64,000 bases of DNA from an uncultured Gammaproteobacteria bacterium (GTDB lineage Bacteria > Pseudomonadota > Gammaproteobacteria > UBA9214). Positions 28,485 through 36,666 of the stretch are shown piece after piece (position 1 is the first letter of the stretch; every line of letters begins with the position of its first letter). Below the pieces are notes generated by a model. That model was not told the DNA's origin, made no database searches, and worked only from the letters and a program-made list of their open reading frames with translations. Location: NCBI GenBank assembly GCA_963748215.1, contig CAVVHS010000006.1, forward strand, positions 64,001 to 128,000, read 5' to 3'. Position numbers and translations under genes: made by a program.

Positions 28485-29033
28485 CTAGAAATGTGGCTTT
28501 TCGGGTGAATTTTTATACATTTCCATACAGGCAATGATTTCCTGTTTGGCTTCATCAACACCACCCCAGCCTTCTACACGTACCCATTTGCCTTCGTCCA
28601 GGTCCTTGTAGTGTCCGAAGAAATGCGCGATGGCATCGAGAATCGTGGGTGAAAGGTCACGGAAACTCTGCACATCGCGATAGGTCTTGCACAACTTGTC
28701 GGTTGGTACTGCAAGCACTTTGGCATCGTCGCCGGATTCGTCAGTCATCTTCAGCACACCAACCGGACGGCAATGCACCACCGACCCGCTGATCAGCGGT
28801 ACCGGGGTCAACACAAGAACATCCACCGGGTCCCCGTCTTTCGATAACGTGTGGGGAACATAGCCATAGTTACAGGGATAGTGCATCGCCGCAGTCATGA
28901 AGCGGTCCACGAACATGGCACCGGTATCCTTGTCGACTTCGTATTTGACGGGGTCGGAGTGGGTTGGAATTTCGACAATTACATAGAAATCATTCGGGCA
29001 GTCGATGCCGGAACTGACGCGATCAAGATTCAT
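28485..29033 (-). CDS. ppa: Inorganic pyrophosphatase
   Basis: [28 protein letters not shown]. Confidence 0.97.
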   Translation of the reverse strand: MNLDRVSSGIDCPNDFYVIVEIPTHSDPVKYEVDKDTGAMFVDRFMTAAMHYPCNYGYVPHTLSKDGDPVDVLVLTPVPLISGSVVHCRPVGVLKMTDESGDDAKVLAVPTDKLCKTYRDVQSFRDLSPTILDAIAHFFGHYKDLDEGKWVRVEGWGGVDEAKQEIIACMEMYKNSPEKPHF

Positions 29034-29318
29034 TGTAGGCTTACCGTCATTTGAATTCGCCTCTCGTTGTATAGCGTTCCATTGTCCGGAACACCGGGTT
29101 TATTCACCAGAATAATGATGCCAAGGCGGACTTTCTGATCGTCGGTGGCTTCAGTCATGCACGCGCCCGCGAGTTGTTATTCGGTAGTGTCACACGTCAC
29201 CAGCTTGAGCACTCGAATATAGTCACCATTATGGCTCACTGACAGCGCCTGGCAGGCAGTCAGATTTGCAGAAGCAGATGTTTTGCAGGTTGATAAAAGG
29301 TTCGTTTTGCCGGGACTG

Positions 29319-29750
29319 TTACGTCTGCATGTTATCCTTGCCTGAAACCCAGCGCTTGCCGGTCACTGTGTCTTCCTGTTTCCAGAACGGCGCATCGGTC
29401 TTCAGGGTATCGATCATGTATTCACAGGCACGGAATGCGTTTTTGCGGTGCGCACAGGCGGCGGCGACAAACACGATGCGGTCATTCGGTGCAAGCTGGC
29501 CGACGCGGTGAATGATAACGGCATCGATCAGCTCCCAGTGCGTGATGGCATGCGCAGCAATCTCTTCCAGTGCTTTTTCGGTCATGCCCGGGTAATGTTC
29601 CAGGGCAAGCTGCGAGACGGCAGAGCCGTCATTGAGGTCGCGCACCAGGCCGGTGAAGCTTACTAGTGCACCTGCGCGTCCTGCACAGCGCTTGCGCAGC
29701 TGCTCCAGTTCCAGACCGGGGTCGAAATCCGCCTGCTGGACGAGGATCAT
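29319..29750 (-). CDS. moaE: Molybdopterin synthase catalytic subunit
   Basis: FTGLVRD, LEHYPGM, IHRVG, HRKNAF, APFWKQE. Confidence 0.95.
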   Translation of the reverse strand: MILVQQADFDPGLELEQLRKRCAGRAGALVSFTGLVRDLNDGSAVSQLALEHYPGMTEKALEEIAAHAITHWELIDAVIIHRVGQLAPNDRIVFVAAACAHRKNAFRACEYMIDTLKTDAPFWKQEDTVTGKRWVSGKDNMQT

Positions 29751-30002
29751 TCAGCCACCCGTCACCGGCGGGAACCAGGCTATCTCGTCGCCGTCGTGTA
29801 TATGTGTATCCGGTTTGACAACGGACTGGTTGACTGCGGTATGCAGGCGCGGGTCGCCAAGCGCCTCCTGCCAGTCGGCGCCGCGTGTCTGCAGCCAGGC
29901 GTTCAGTTGCGCCACGGTGGTGATGGTGTCCGGGAGTTCCAGCTGTTCCTCACCGGTACCCAGTGCTTCCCGCAAACTCGCAAAATAGCGTAGCTGAACC
30001 AT
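29751..30002 (-). CDS. moaD: Molybdopterin synthase sulfur carrier
   Basis: YFASLRE...AVNQ...GDEIAWFPPVTGG C-terminal Gly-Gly. Confidence 0.95.
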   Translation of the reverse strand: MVQLRYFASLREALGTGEEQLELPDTITTVAQLNAWLQTRGADWQEALGDPRLHTAVNQSVVKPDTHIHDGDEIAWFPPVTGG

Positions 30003-30012
30003 ATCTTGCCTG

Positions 30013-30996
30013 TTAGCCGCCGGTCTTTGCCATGAAGCGTACCACCTGCTGTGGTTTCTCCAGAAACTCATGACGTTCCGGTTTCAGGCTGATGGCAGCG
30101 CGTACTGCAGCCAGTAATCCGGCGTCATCGATGCCGGCACGCAGCAGCGGGCGAAGCTCGAATTTATGATCCTGGCCGAGGCACAGGTAGAGCGTGCCAT
30201 CGACGGCGAGCCTTACCCGGTTGCAGGTCTCGCAGAAATGCTGCGAGATGGGTGTGATGAAACCGATCCTGAGGCGTGTGCCGGCAATCTGGACATAACG
30301 TGCCGGGCCGCCACCGGGTACGACACCCGGGATCAGCTTGAAATCTTCAGCCAGCCTGGCCTTGACCGTTTGCAGGTCAAGGTAGTGGTCGGTGGCGCTC
30401 CTGCCGGTGTCGCCGATCGGCATGGTCTCGATCAGTCGCAGTGTAAAATCATGTTCGATACAGAATTCGACCATGTCCCTGATCTCATCGTCGTTGATAT
30501 CTTTCATGACGACCATGTTGATCTTGATGGGCTGAAAGCCGGCGTGTTTGGCTGCCATCAGGCCGTCCATGACCTTGTCGAGATTGCCGCGGGTGATTTC
30601 CTTGAAACGGTCGGCGCGCAATGAATCCAGCGAGACATTGATCCGCTTGATGCCTGCCCGGTACAACGCTGCGGCATGCCGTGAGAGCGCCACCGCGTTG
30701 GTGCTCAGGGACAGATCCTCTATACCCGGGATGCGTGAGAGTTGTCCGGTCAGTGTGGCCAGGTCCTTGCGAACCAGCGGCTCACCGCCGGTGATGCGGA
30801 TACGCTGCACACCGAGGGTTGCAAATGCGCGGATAACCCGTTCGATCTCCGCAAACGTCAGCCATTCTTCCGGTTCGCTGAAATCCCGATAATCGCCTGG
30901 CAGGCAGTAGAAACAGCGCAGATCGCAGCGGTCTGTGACAGACAGCCGTACATATTCTATGCTGCGACCAAACGGATCAATCAAGCCAGTGTTCAT
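30013..30996 (-). CDS. moaA: GTP 3',8-cyclase
   Basis: SVTDRCDLRCFYC; FCETCNRVR...LCL; C-terminal GG. Confidence 0.96.
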   Translation of the reverse strand: MNTGLIDPFGRSIEYVRLSVTDRCDLRCFYCLPGDYRDFSEPEEWLTFAEIERVIRAFATLGVQRIRITGGEPLVRKDLATLTGQLSRIPGIEDLSLSTNAVALSRHAAALYRAGIKRINVSLDSLRADRFKEITRGNLDKVMDGLMAAKHAGFQPIKINMVVMKDINDDEIRDMVEFCIEHDFTLRLIETMPIGDTGRSATDHYLDLQTVKARLAEDFKLIPGVVPGGGPARYVQIAGTRLRIGFITPISQHFCETCNRVRLAVDGTLYLCLGQDHKFELRPLLRAGIDDAGLLAAVRAAISLKPERHEFLEKPQQVVRFMAKTGG

Positions 30997-31059
30997 GACC
31001 TATGAGGCTAACCCACCCCCGCTGTTTTATCCAGCATCCAGACACCTAAGTATAGACAA

Positions 31060-31695
31060 TCATTGTCCCGGCAAGGTATTTGTCTGCCCAGCCAGTTTTT
31101 TCTCGATAAGCTGCCGGTCCGAGGGCGTATTCATATTCAGGAAGATATCCGGCGAGGCTGAAAAATCGGCCAGCGCCAGACGCTGCTGTTCATACCAGGT
31201 ATCAATCTTGCGCCCCCCCTCGCTGAGATAGGACAGCAGGCTGGGGAGCAGTTCGCAACGCAGCAGTGCGAAAACGGGTTGCATGCGAATACCGTCATGT
31301 GCAACGCAGATTTCGGCGTCCATCTTTTCCATCTCGTCGCGGAGCGTGACGCACAGGTGTGCCGGGACGAATGGCGAATCGCACGGCACCGCAAGAATCA
31401 ATGGCGTGGCGGCTGCCTGCATACCGGTTGCCATGCCGACCAGCGGGCCGAAAAAGTCACCCATCATATCGGCAATGACGGGATGGCCGAATTCGCGATA
31501 CCGGTCGAGGTTGCGGTTGGCATTGACGATAATATGGCCGGCCTGGGGGCGCAGTCCGGCAATGATATAGTCGAGCAGGGGCCTGCCATCCAGTTCGATC
31601 AGGCCCTTGTCCTTGCCGCCCATGCGACGTGCCTTGCCGCCAGCGAGTATGACTGCAGTGATATCCGGGTCCGGCGTCATGGATTTTACTGGCAT
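31060..31695 (-). CDS. mobA: Molybdenum cofactor guanylyltransferase
   Basis: VILAGGKARRMGGKDKG, GPLVG, PCDSPF, FLNMNTP. Confidence 0.95.
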   Translation of the reverse strand: MPVKSMTPDPDITAVILAGGKARRMGGKDKGLIELDGRPLLDYIIAGLRPQAGHIIVNANRNLDRYREFGHPVIADMMGDFFGPLVGMATGMQAAATPLILAVPCDSPFVPAHLCVTLRDEMEKMDAEICVAHDGIRMQPVFALLRCELLPSLLSYLSEGGRKIDTWYEQQRLALADFSASPDIFLNMNTPSDRQLIEKKLAGQTNTLPGQ

Positions 31696-31784
31696 GGTAT
31701 GTTCGTCCCTTTCGGTGTCTGCATGTGTTCACCAGAATAGTCAGATAACGATGCCGAAACTGGTGTATTTCCGGAGGTGGAAAA

Positions 31785-31991
31785 ATGAACGAAGACGCCG
31801 TAAACATGGAAATCAGAAAATTCCTCAAGAAGGTTGGTATTACCTCGCAGCGGGAAATCGAGAAGGCATTGCAGGAGGCGGCTGCAGCCGGGAAACTGGA
31901 TGAGCCGCTCTCTCTCAAGGCAACCATGACACTGGAAATCGCCGCGCTTGGGCTGGTGCATGTCACTGACGGTGATATCGCTGTTGAATGA
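31785..31991 (+). CDS. Small conserved hypothetical protein (DUF6494-like)
   Basis: GGAGG RBS; MNEDAVNMEIRKFLKKVGITSQREIEKA. Confidence 0.75.
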   Translation: MNEDAVNMEIRKFLKKVGITSQREIEKALQEAAAAGKLDEPLSLKATMTLEIAALGLVHVTDGDIAVE

Positions 31992-31997
31992 CCGTGC

Positions 31998-32855
31998 TCA
32001 GCGATCGGGTCTGGGCGGTCGGTGTTCGGGTTGAGCGTCAAAAATAATATTGCTCGCCCCGCTGTAAACCAGGAAATGTTTTCCCTTGGCGCGCGCGATC
32101 ATGGTGATACCCAGTTCCTGCGCAAGTTCCAGGCCCATGTGGGTGACCCCGGAGCGCGAGAGTAACACTGCAATACCCATGAGGGCCGACTTCATGACGA
32201 TTTCGGATGTCAGGCGGCCGGTGGTATAGAAGACCTTGTTCTCGCCACCGATAGCGTCCAGCCACATGTAACCGGATATGGCGTCGGCCGCATTGTGGCG
32301 CCCGACGTCTTCGGTATACATGAGTATCTCCGAACCCAGGCACAGGCCGCAGCCGTGTACTGCGCCCGCGCGTTTATAAATATCGTTGTGGTTTGCAACA
32401 TTCTCCAGCAGGGCGTAGAGGGTTGACTGGCGCAGTGTGACTGCCGGCAGCTTCACCGTGTACAGGGAATCCAGCGTGCAGCTGAAGACCGTGCCCTGGC
32501 CGCATCCGGTTGTCACAGTGCGTTTCCTGAGCTTCTCATCCCAGCCATCGATGCCTTTCCAGGTGGTCACCCTGACCGACTCGGTGCGATGATCGACGTT
32601 GACAGACTTTATCTGCTCAAGCTCATCGACGAAGCGCTGGTTGCGCAGGTAGCCCAGTGCAAGCGCTTCCGGGTGGGCGCCGATGGTCATCAGGGTGACG
32701 ATTTCGCGCTCATCCACATACAATGTCAGTGGCGACTCGCCCGGAATCTCTACCTCACGCACCGTATTGTATTCATCAACCACACTGACCGGGTGGGTAG
32801 GGGTAAGGCCGGCATGCGTGATTTCGGGGCGGTAGCGTTCCTGTGTTCGAGACAT
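31998..32855 (-). CDS. fdhD: Formate dehydrogenase accessory sulfurtransferase
   Basis: TTGCGQG, GAVHGC, EDVGRHNA, TTGRLTSE. Confidence 0.93.
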   Translation of the reverse strand: MSRTQERYRPEITHAGLTPTHPVSVVDEYNTVREVEIPGESPLTLYVDEREIVTLMTIGAHPEALALGYLRNQRFVDELEQIKSVNVDHRTESVRVTTWKGIDGWDEKLRKRTVTTGCGQGTVFSCTLDSLYTVKLPAVTLRQSTLYALLENVANHNDIYKRAGAVHGCGLCLGSEILMYTEDVGRHNAADAISGYMWLDAIGGENKVFYTTGRLTSEIVMKSALMGIAVLLSRSGVTHMGLELAQELGITMIARAKGKHFLVYSGASNIIFDAQPEHRPPRPDR

Positions 32856-32965
32856 ATTAGAAACCTGTCATGCGATGTGTCATGTATTGTGTGCCATGAT
32901 CAAGACTTATACTATGGTTGAAAGATCGAGGATAGCAATCCATGTAATTCCAGAGCTTGTATGGC

Positions 32966-33475
32966 ATGCCTGATTCCATCACAGCCCCGGTGCCCGACTC
33001 GTTTCACGTTTCCGTTATCGTCGCGTTCCGGATGACGCCCGAAAACCGCTGGCAAGACGGCTACTGGCAGGTGACCAGTGCAGTTGCGGGAGATCAGCCC
33101 GGCAAGGACAATGTCGGGGGTCGACAATTGCATGCAGCATCACAGGTGCAGCAATATCTGTGGACAGGTTTGCAGGTGAATCTGTTCAGGGACGACGCGG
33201 AAAACTACTACTACAACCTGGTCAGCGACAAACCAAGGGTCTTCATTATCTGCAGCCAGGAGACGGGCGAGCCGCCGCAGCCTTTGATTGCCACGCTGAG
33301 TTACGGTGAGGCCAGTTCCTATATGGAGACGGACATGCTGGTCGAGTCTGTTGTCATGCCGCCCGAACTTTACCGCTGGGCCGAGCACTTCGTACTGGAA
33401 CACTTTGTCCCGGAGAAGCGCAAGAAGCGCAAGCGGGACAACTGGAAGGAAGCCGATCATGAGCCGCGCGGGTAA
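32966..33475 (+). CDS. DUF3305 family protein
   Basis: LFRDDAENYYYNL...SYGEA...KKRKRD; typical FDH-cluster position. Confidence 0.8.
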   Translation: MPDSITAPVPDSFHVSVIVAFRMTPENRWQDGYWQVTSAVAGDQPGKDNVGGRQLHAASQVQQYLWTGLQVNLFRDDAENYYYNLVSDKPRVFIICSQETGEPPQPLIATLSYGEASSYMETDMLVESVVMPPELYRWAEHFVLEHFVPEKRKKRKRDNWKEADHEPRG

Positions 33476-34070
33476 GCCAGGGCAGGATGCCCCCGAAAGC
33501 CCGGGGGATTTCATGGCGCGCTGGTCGCGCCGCAAGAATCAGGCGCGTGATGAGGCTGCCCGGCCAGACGACCCCGCTGCAGGGATGGCGCTGCCGCCTG
33601 CAGCGGAAGCTGATGCATCGCCGGTATGCCAGCCGGAACAGGAATTAACCGATGCCGACATGCCGCCGGTCGAAACACTCGGTGCGGATAGTGATTATGC
33701 CCCGTTCATGTCGCCCGGTGTCAGCGACGGCCTGCGACAAAGGGCCTTGCGAATACTGTTCAGCCAGCCGGCCTGCAATATTACCGACGGCCTGAATGAT
33801 TACGACGGCGACTACACCCAGTTTGCCGGTCTTGGCAGTCTCGTCACCCATGAAATGAAGCGCATGCTGAAGCGTGAGCTGGCGGCTGACAAAAACAGGC
33901 AACAGCAATCTGCTGACCAGGCACAGGAATCACGCGCCGTCGATGCGGATGTGCCTGTCGCTGCGCAGCGGGAGGAGGCCCAGCCAGCCGCCCCGGACCG
34001 GCCCGATACGGAGGCGGTTGATGATGCGGCTGACAAGGACCCGGGCGACCCGGGCGTAGTCAATCCATGA
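33459..34070 (+). CDS. DUF3306 family protein
   Basis: FMARWSRRK...SDYAPFM...ALRILF...DGLNDYDGDY. Confidence 0.82.
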   Translation: MSRAGKPGQDAPESPGDFMARWSRRKNQARDEAARPDDPAAGMALPPAAEADASPVCQPEQELTDADMPPVETLGADSDYAPFMSPGVSDGLRQRALRILFSQPACNITDGLNDYDGDYTQFAGLGSLVTHEMKRMLKRELAADKNRQQQSADQAQESRAVDADVPVAAQREEAQPAAPDRPDTEAVDDAADKDPGDPGVVNP

Positions 34071-35680
34071 CAGTAAGTGATCAAGCTGCGACAGCCAGCC
34101 TGTCCGCAAGTACGCCCGATGGACAGGCCAGGGCGGCCGCGCTGGCGGCAGCGAGTCATGCCGGTCGCCAACCGGCAGGTATCGTTTCCTATCAGTCTGC
34201 CGGTCGGCTGCTAGTCATTGGCAGCGCAGCCGCTATCCGGGAGGTCACCCCGGCACTCGACACCCAGGCCGGCATCAGCTACAGCGGCCTGATCACGGAT
34301 GCCGGTGACGGACTTCCGGTGGTGACCGGTTTCCTCGGTCGCTTCGAGGTGCAGACAACGACCGGAGAGCCGCAGGTCTACGATCTGGTGCTGGACCTGG
34401 CAAGCCCACCCCTGCTGCAAGCCGAGGTGTTGCCGCCGGGATATTTTGCACCGAATGGAAATCCTGCGGCACTGCAGGCCGCGCTGGATGAGCTGCCCGA
34501 TCTGACCGGCGAGTTCGAGAAACCCCAGTACTTCCGCTACGACGCCACAATCTGTGCCCATGGCCGGAGCGGTATCACGGCCTGCACACGCTGTCTCGAT
34601 ACCTGTCCGACACAGGCCATTATCTCCCTGGGTGACACCATCGAGGTCAATGCCGGCCTCTGCCAGGGTGCGGGCAGCTGCGCCACGGCCTGTCCGACCG
34701 GCGCGATCAGCTACGGCTATCCTCGACTTGCAGACACCCTGCAGCGCCTGCGCCTGCTGCTACAGGCCTATCACGCGGCCGGCGGCACGGATGCCGTGCT
34801 GTTGTTTCACGATGCCGGTGCCGGTCGTGATGTCATGCGGCAGCTCGCGACGCAGTTGCCGGAACGGGTCATACCCCTGGAGGTGGAGGAGCTGGGCAGC
34901 GTCGGTATGGACACCTGGCTGGCGGCCCTGGCCTACGGTGCCGCGGCCGTGGTGCTGCTGGCAACGCCATCACTGCCGGGCCGTGTCATGCGCGAGGTGG
35001 TGTTGCAGATGGATGTGGCCAGCCAGATCCTGGCCGGTATGGGCTACCCGGCGGCAGTATTGCAGCTGTGCCGGTCGGGGGACGGCGCGTTTCCGGACCT
35101 GCCCGGCACGGCCGGCCGCCAGCCGGCGGGATTCGCGGCGCTGGACGAGAAACGTACCGTGATACGGCTGGCGGTTGAACACCTGCAGGCACAGGCGCCG
35201 GCACCCCGACCGCTGGTGTCTTTGCCGGCCGGGGCACCCTTCGGTGAAGTCCTGCTCGATCATGCGCGTTGCACCCTGTGCATGGCCTGTGTCTCGCAAT
35301 GCCCCGCCCGGGCGCTTGCCGCAGGTGACGACAGGCCGCAGCTGGTTTTTATCGAGGCCAATTGTGTTCAGTGTGGCATGTGTTGCCGAACCTGCCCCGA
35401 GGACGCGATCGCGGTTTCACCGCGCTACCTTTATGCTTCAGAGCAGCGAAACCAGCGCCGGGTGCTGTGCGAGGCAGAGCCGTTTCTGTGCGTCAGTTGC
35501 GGCAAACCGTTTGCCACACGCCAGGTGATCGAGAAGATCATGTCGAAAATGCAGGGCCACGCAATGTTTCAGGGCGCGGCACTGGAGCGACTGAAGATGT
35601 GTGCAGACTGCCGCGTCAAGGTCCTGTTCGCCGGCGAGACCGCTGATGACAAGCCAGCCTCACCGCGAGGCTGGTCATGA
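34067..35680 (+). CDS. FDH-associated polyferredoxin (4Fe-4S) protein
   Basis: CTRCLDTCP, CQGAGSCATACP, CTLCMACVSQCP, CVQCGMCCRTCP, CVSCGKPF. Confidence 0.9.
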   Translation: MTVSDQAATASLSASTPDGQARAAALAAASHAGRQPAGIVSYQSAGRLLVIGSAAAIREVTPALDTQAGISYSGLITDAGDGLPVVTGFLGRFEVQTTTGEPQVYDLVLDLASPPLLQAEVLPPGYFAPNGNPAALQAALDELPDLTGEFEKPQYFRYDATICAHGRSGITACTRCLDTCPTQAIISLGDTIEVNAGLCQGAGSCATACPTGAISYGYPRLADTLQRLRLLLQAYHAAGGTDAVLLFHDAGAGRDVMRQLATQLPERVIPLEVEELGSVGMDTWLAALAYGAAAVVLLATPSLPGRVMREVVLQMDVASQILAGMGYPAAVLQLCRSGDGAFPDLPGTAGRQPAGFAALDEKRTVIRLAVEHLQAQAPAPRPLVSLPAGAPFGEVLLDHARCTLCMACVSQCPARALAAGDDRPQLVFIEANCVQCGMCCRTCPEDAIAVSPRYLYASEQRNQRRVLCEAEPFLCVSCGKPFATRQVIEKIMSKMQGHAMFQGAALERLKMCADCRVKVLFAGETADDKPASPRGWS

Positions 35681-36288
35681 CCGGCGAGGCATCACCGGAT
35701 AGCGCAAGCCTCGAATCGGGCGAGCAGGCGCGTGCCGATATCTACCGGTTGCTGGGTGCGCTGCTATCCGGGCCGCCCGCTGCGGCACTGCTCGAGATGC
35801 TGCGGGACATTACCCCGGAGGACGTCGAAACCGGAGCCGCCATGACGGCCGCCTGGCAGGCGTTGCGGTCGGCTGCGGAGGACACTGTCCCGGCCGAACT
35901 GGAAGACGAATATTTCAATCTATTCATAGGGTTGGGGCGCGGCGAGCTGGTGCCCTATGCCTCGTTCTATATCCATGGTTTTCTTATGGAAAAGGTGCTA
36001 GCCTCGTTGCGAGACGAGCTGGCAGCGTTAGGTATAACGCGGCGCGAAGGCGTTGCCGAGCCGGAAGACCACGCGGCGGCTGTGTGCGAGATCATGGGGA
36101 TGATAATCGCCAGTCATGGTCTACACTTACAACAATTGGCTTTTTTTGAAACGTATATAGGTAGCTGGCTGGGCTGTTTTTTTGAGGATCTCAACAAGGC
36201 CGAAAAAGCGGATTTTTACCGGGCTGTCGCGTTACTGGGGCAGCAGTTTCTGGCGGTGGAGAGACAGTATTTCAGCATGCCGGCCTAG
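35677..36288 (+). CDS. TorD/DmsD family redox enzyme maturation chaperone
   Basis: EYFNLFIG...PYASFY...EPEDH. Confidence 0.9.
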   Translation: MTGEASPDSASLESGEQARADIYRLLGALLSGPPAAALLEMLRDITPEDVETGAAMTAAWQALRSAAEDTVPAELEDEYFNLFIGLGRGELVPYASFYIHGFLMEKVLASLRDELAALGITRREGVAEPEDHAAAVCEIMGMIIASHGLHLQQLAFFETYIGSWLGCFFEDLNKAEKADFYRAVALLGQQFLAVERQYFSMPA

Positions 36289-36335
36289 TGCGGGGGCACT
36301 TTAGACAGAACAAACCCGAAGCGTTGGAGGACGTC

Positions 36336-36545
36336 ATGAACAAGCAGCATGTGGCCGAGCGTCGCAGGTTTCTCAAAGGGGTCGCTGCCGCCGGTGGCGC
36401 CACGGCATTGACTACCGTGTTCGCATCCGGGCTGATTGCAACCGATCCGGGGGGTACTGCGGTCAGGAAAAACCAGCAACCCGAATCCCGCGGTTACCGC
36501 GAGACGGACCATATCAGGGAGTACTACCGGACGCTCAGGGAGTGA
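36336..36545 (+). CDS. Small Tat-signal protein of FDH clusters
   Basis: ERRRFLK; GYRETDHIREYY. Confidence 0.82.
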   Translation: MNKQHVAERRRFLKGVAAAGGATALTTVFASGLIATDPGGTAVRKNQQPESRGYRETDHIREYYRTLRE

Positions 36546-36666
36546 TCCGGTTTTTTTATGCGCTGATTTTCACCAGATACCGATCGATCGCCCGGGGTGG
36601 CACCGTAAACCGGGTATTTCGGACAACAAGGCGCAATGCCATTTCCGGTAATGAGGAGGCTGGACT

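Noticed and set aside
27002-28564. 520-aa minus-strand ORF
   Set aside because: Shadow of the thiamine-binding and HAD genes; no motifs
32892-32906. Possible FNR site between fdhD and DUF3305
   Set aside because: Only the ATCAA half matches
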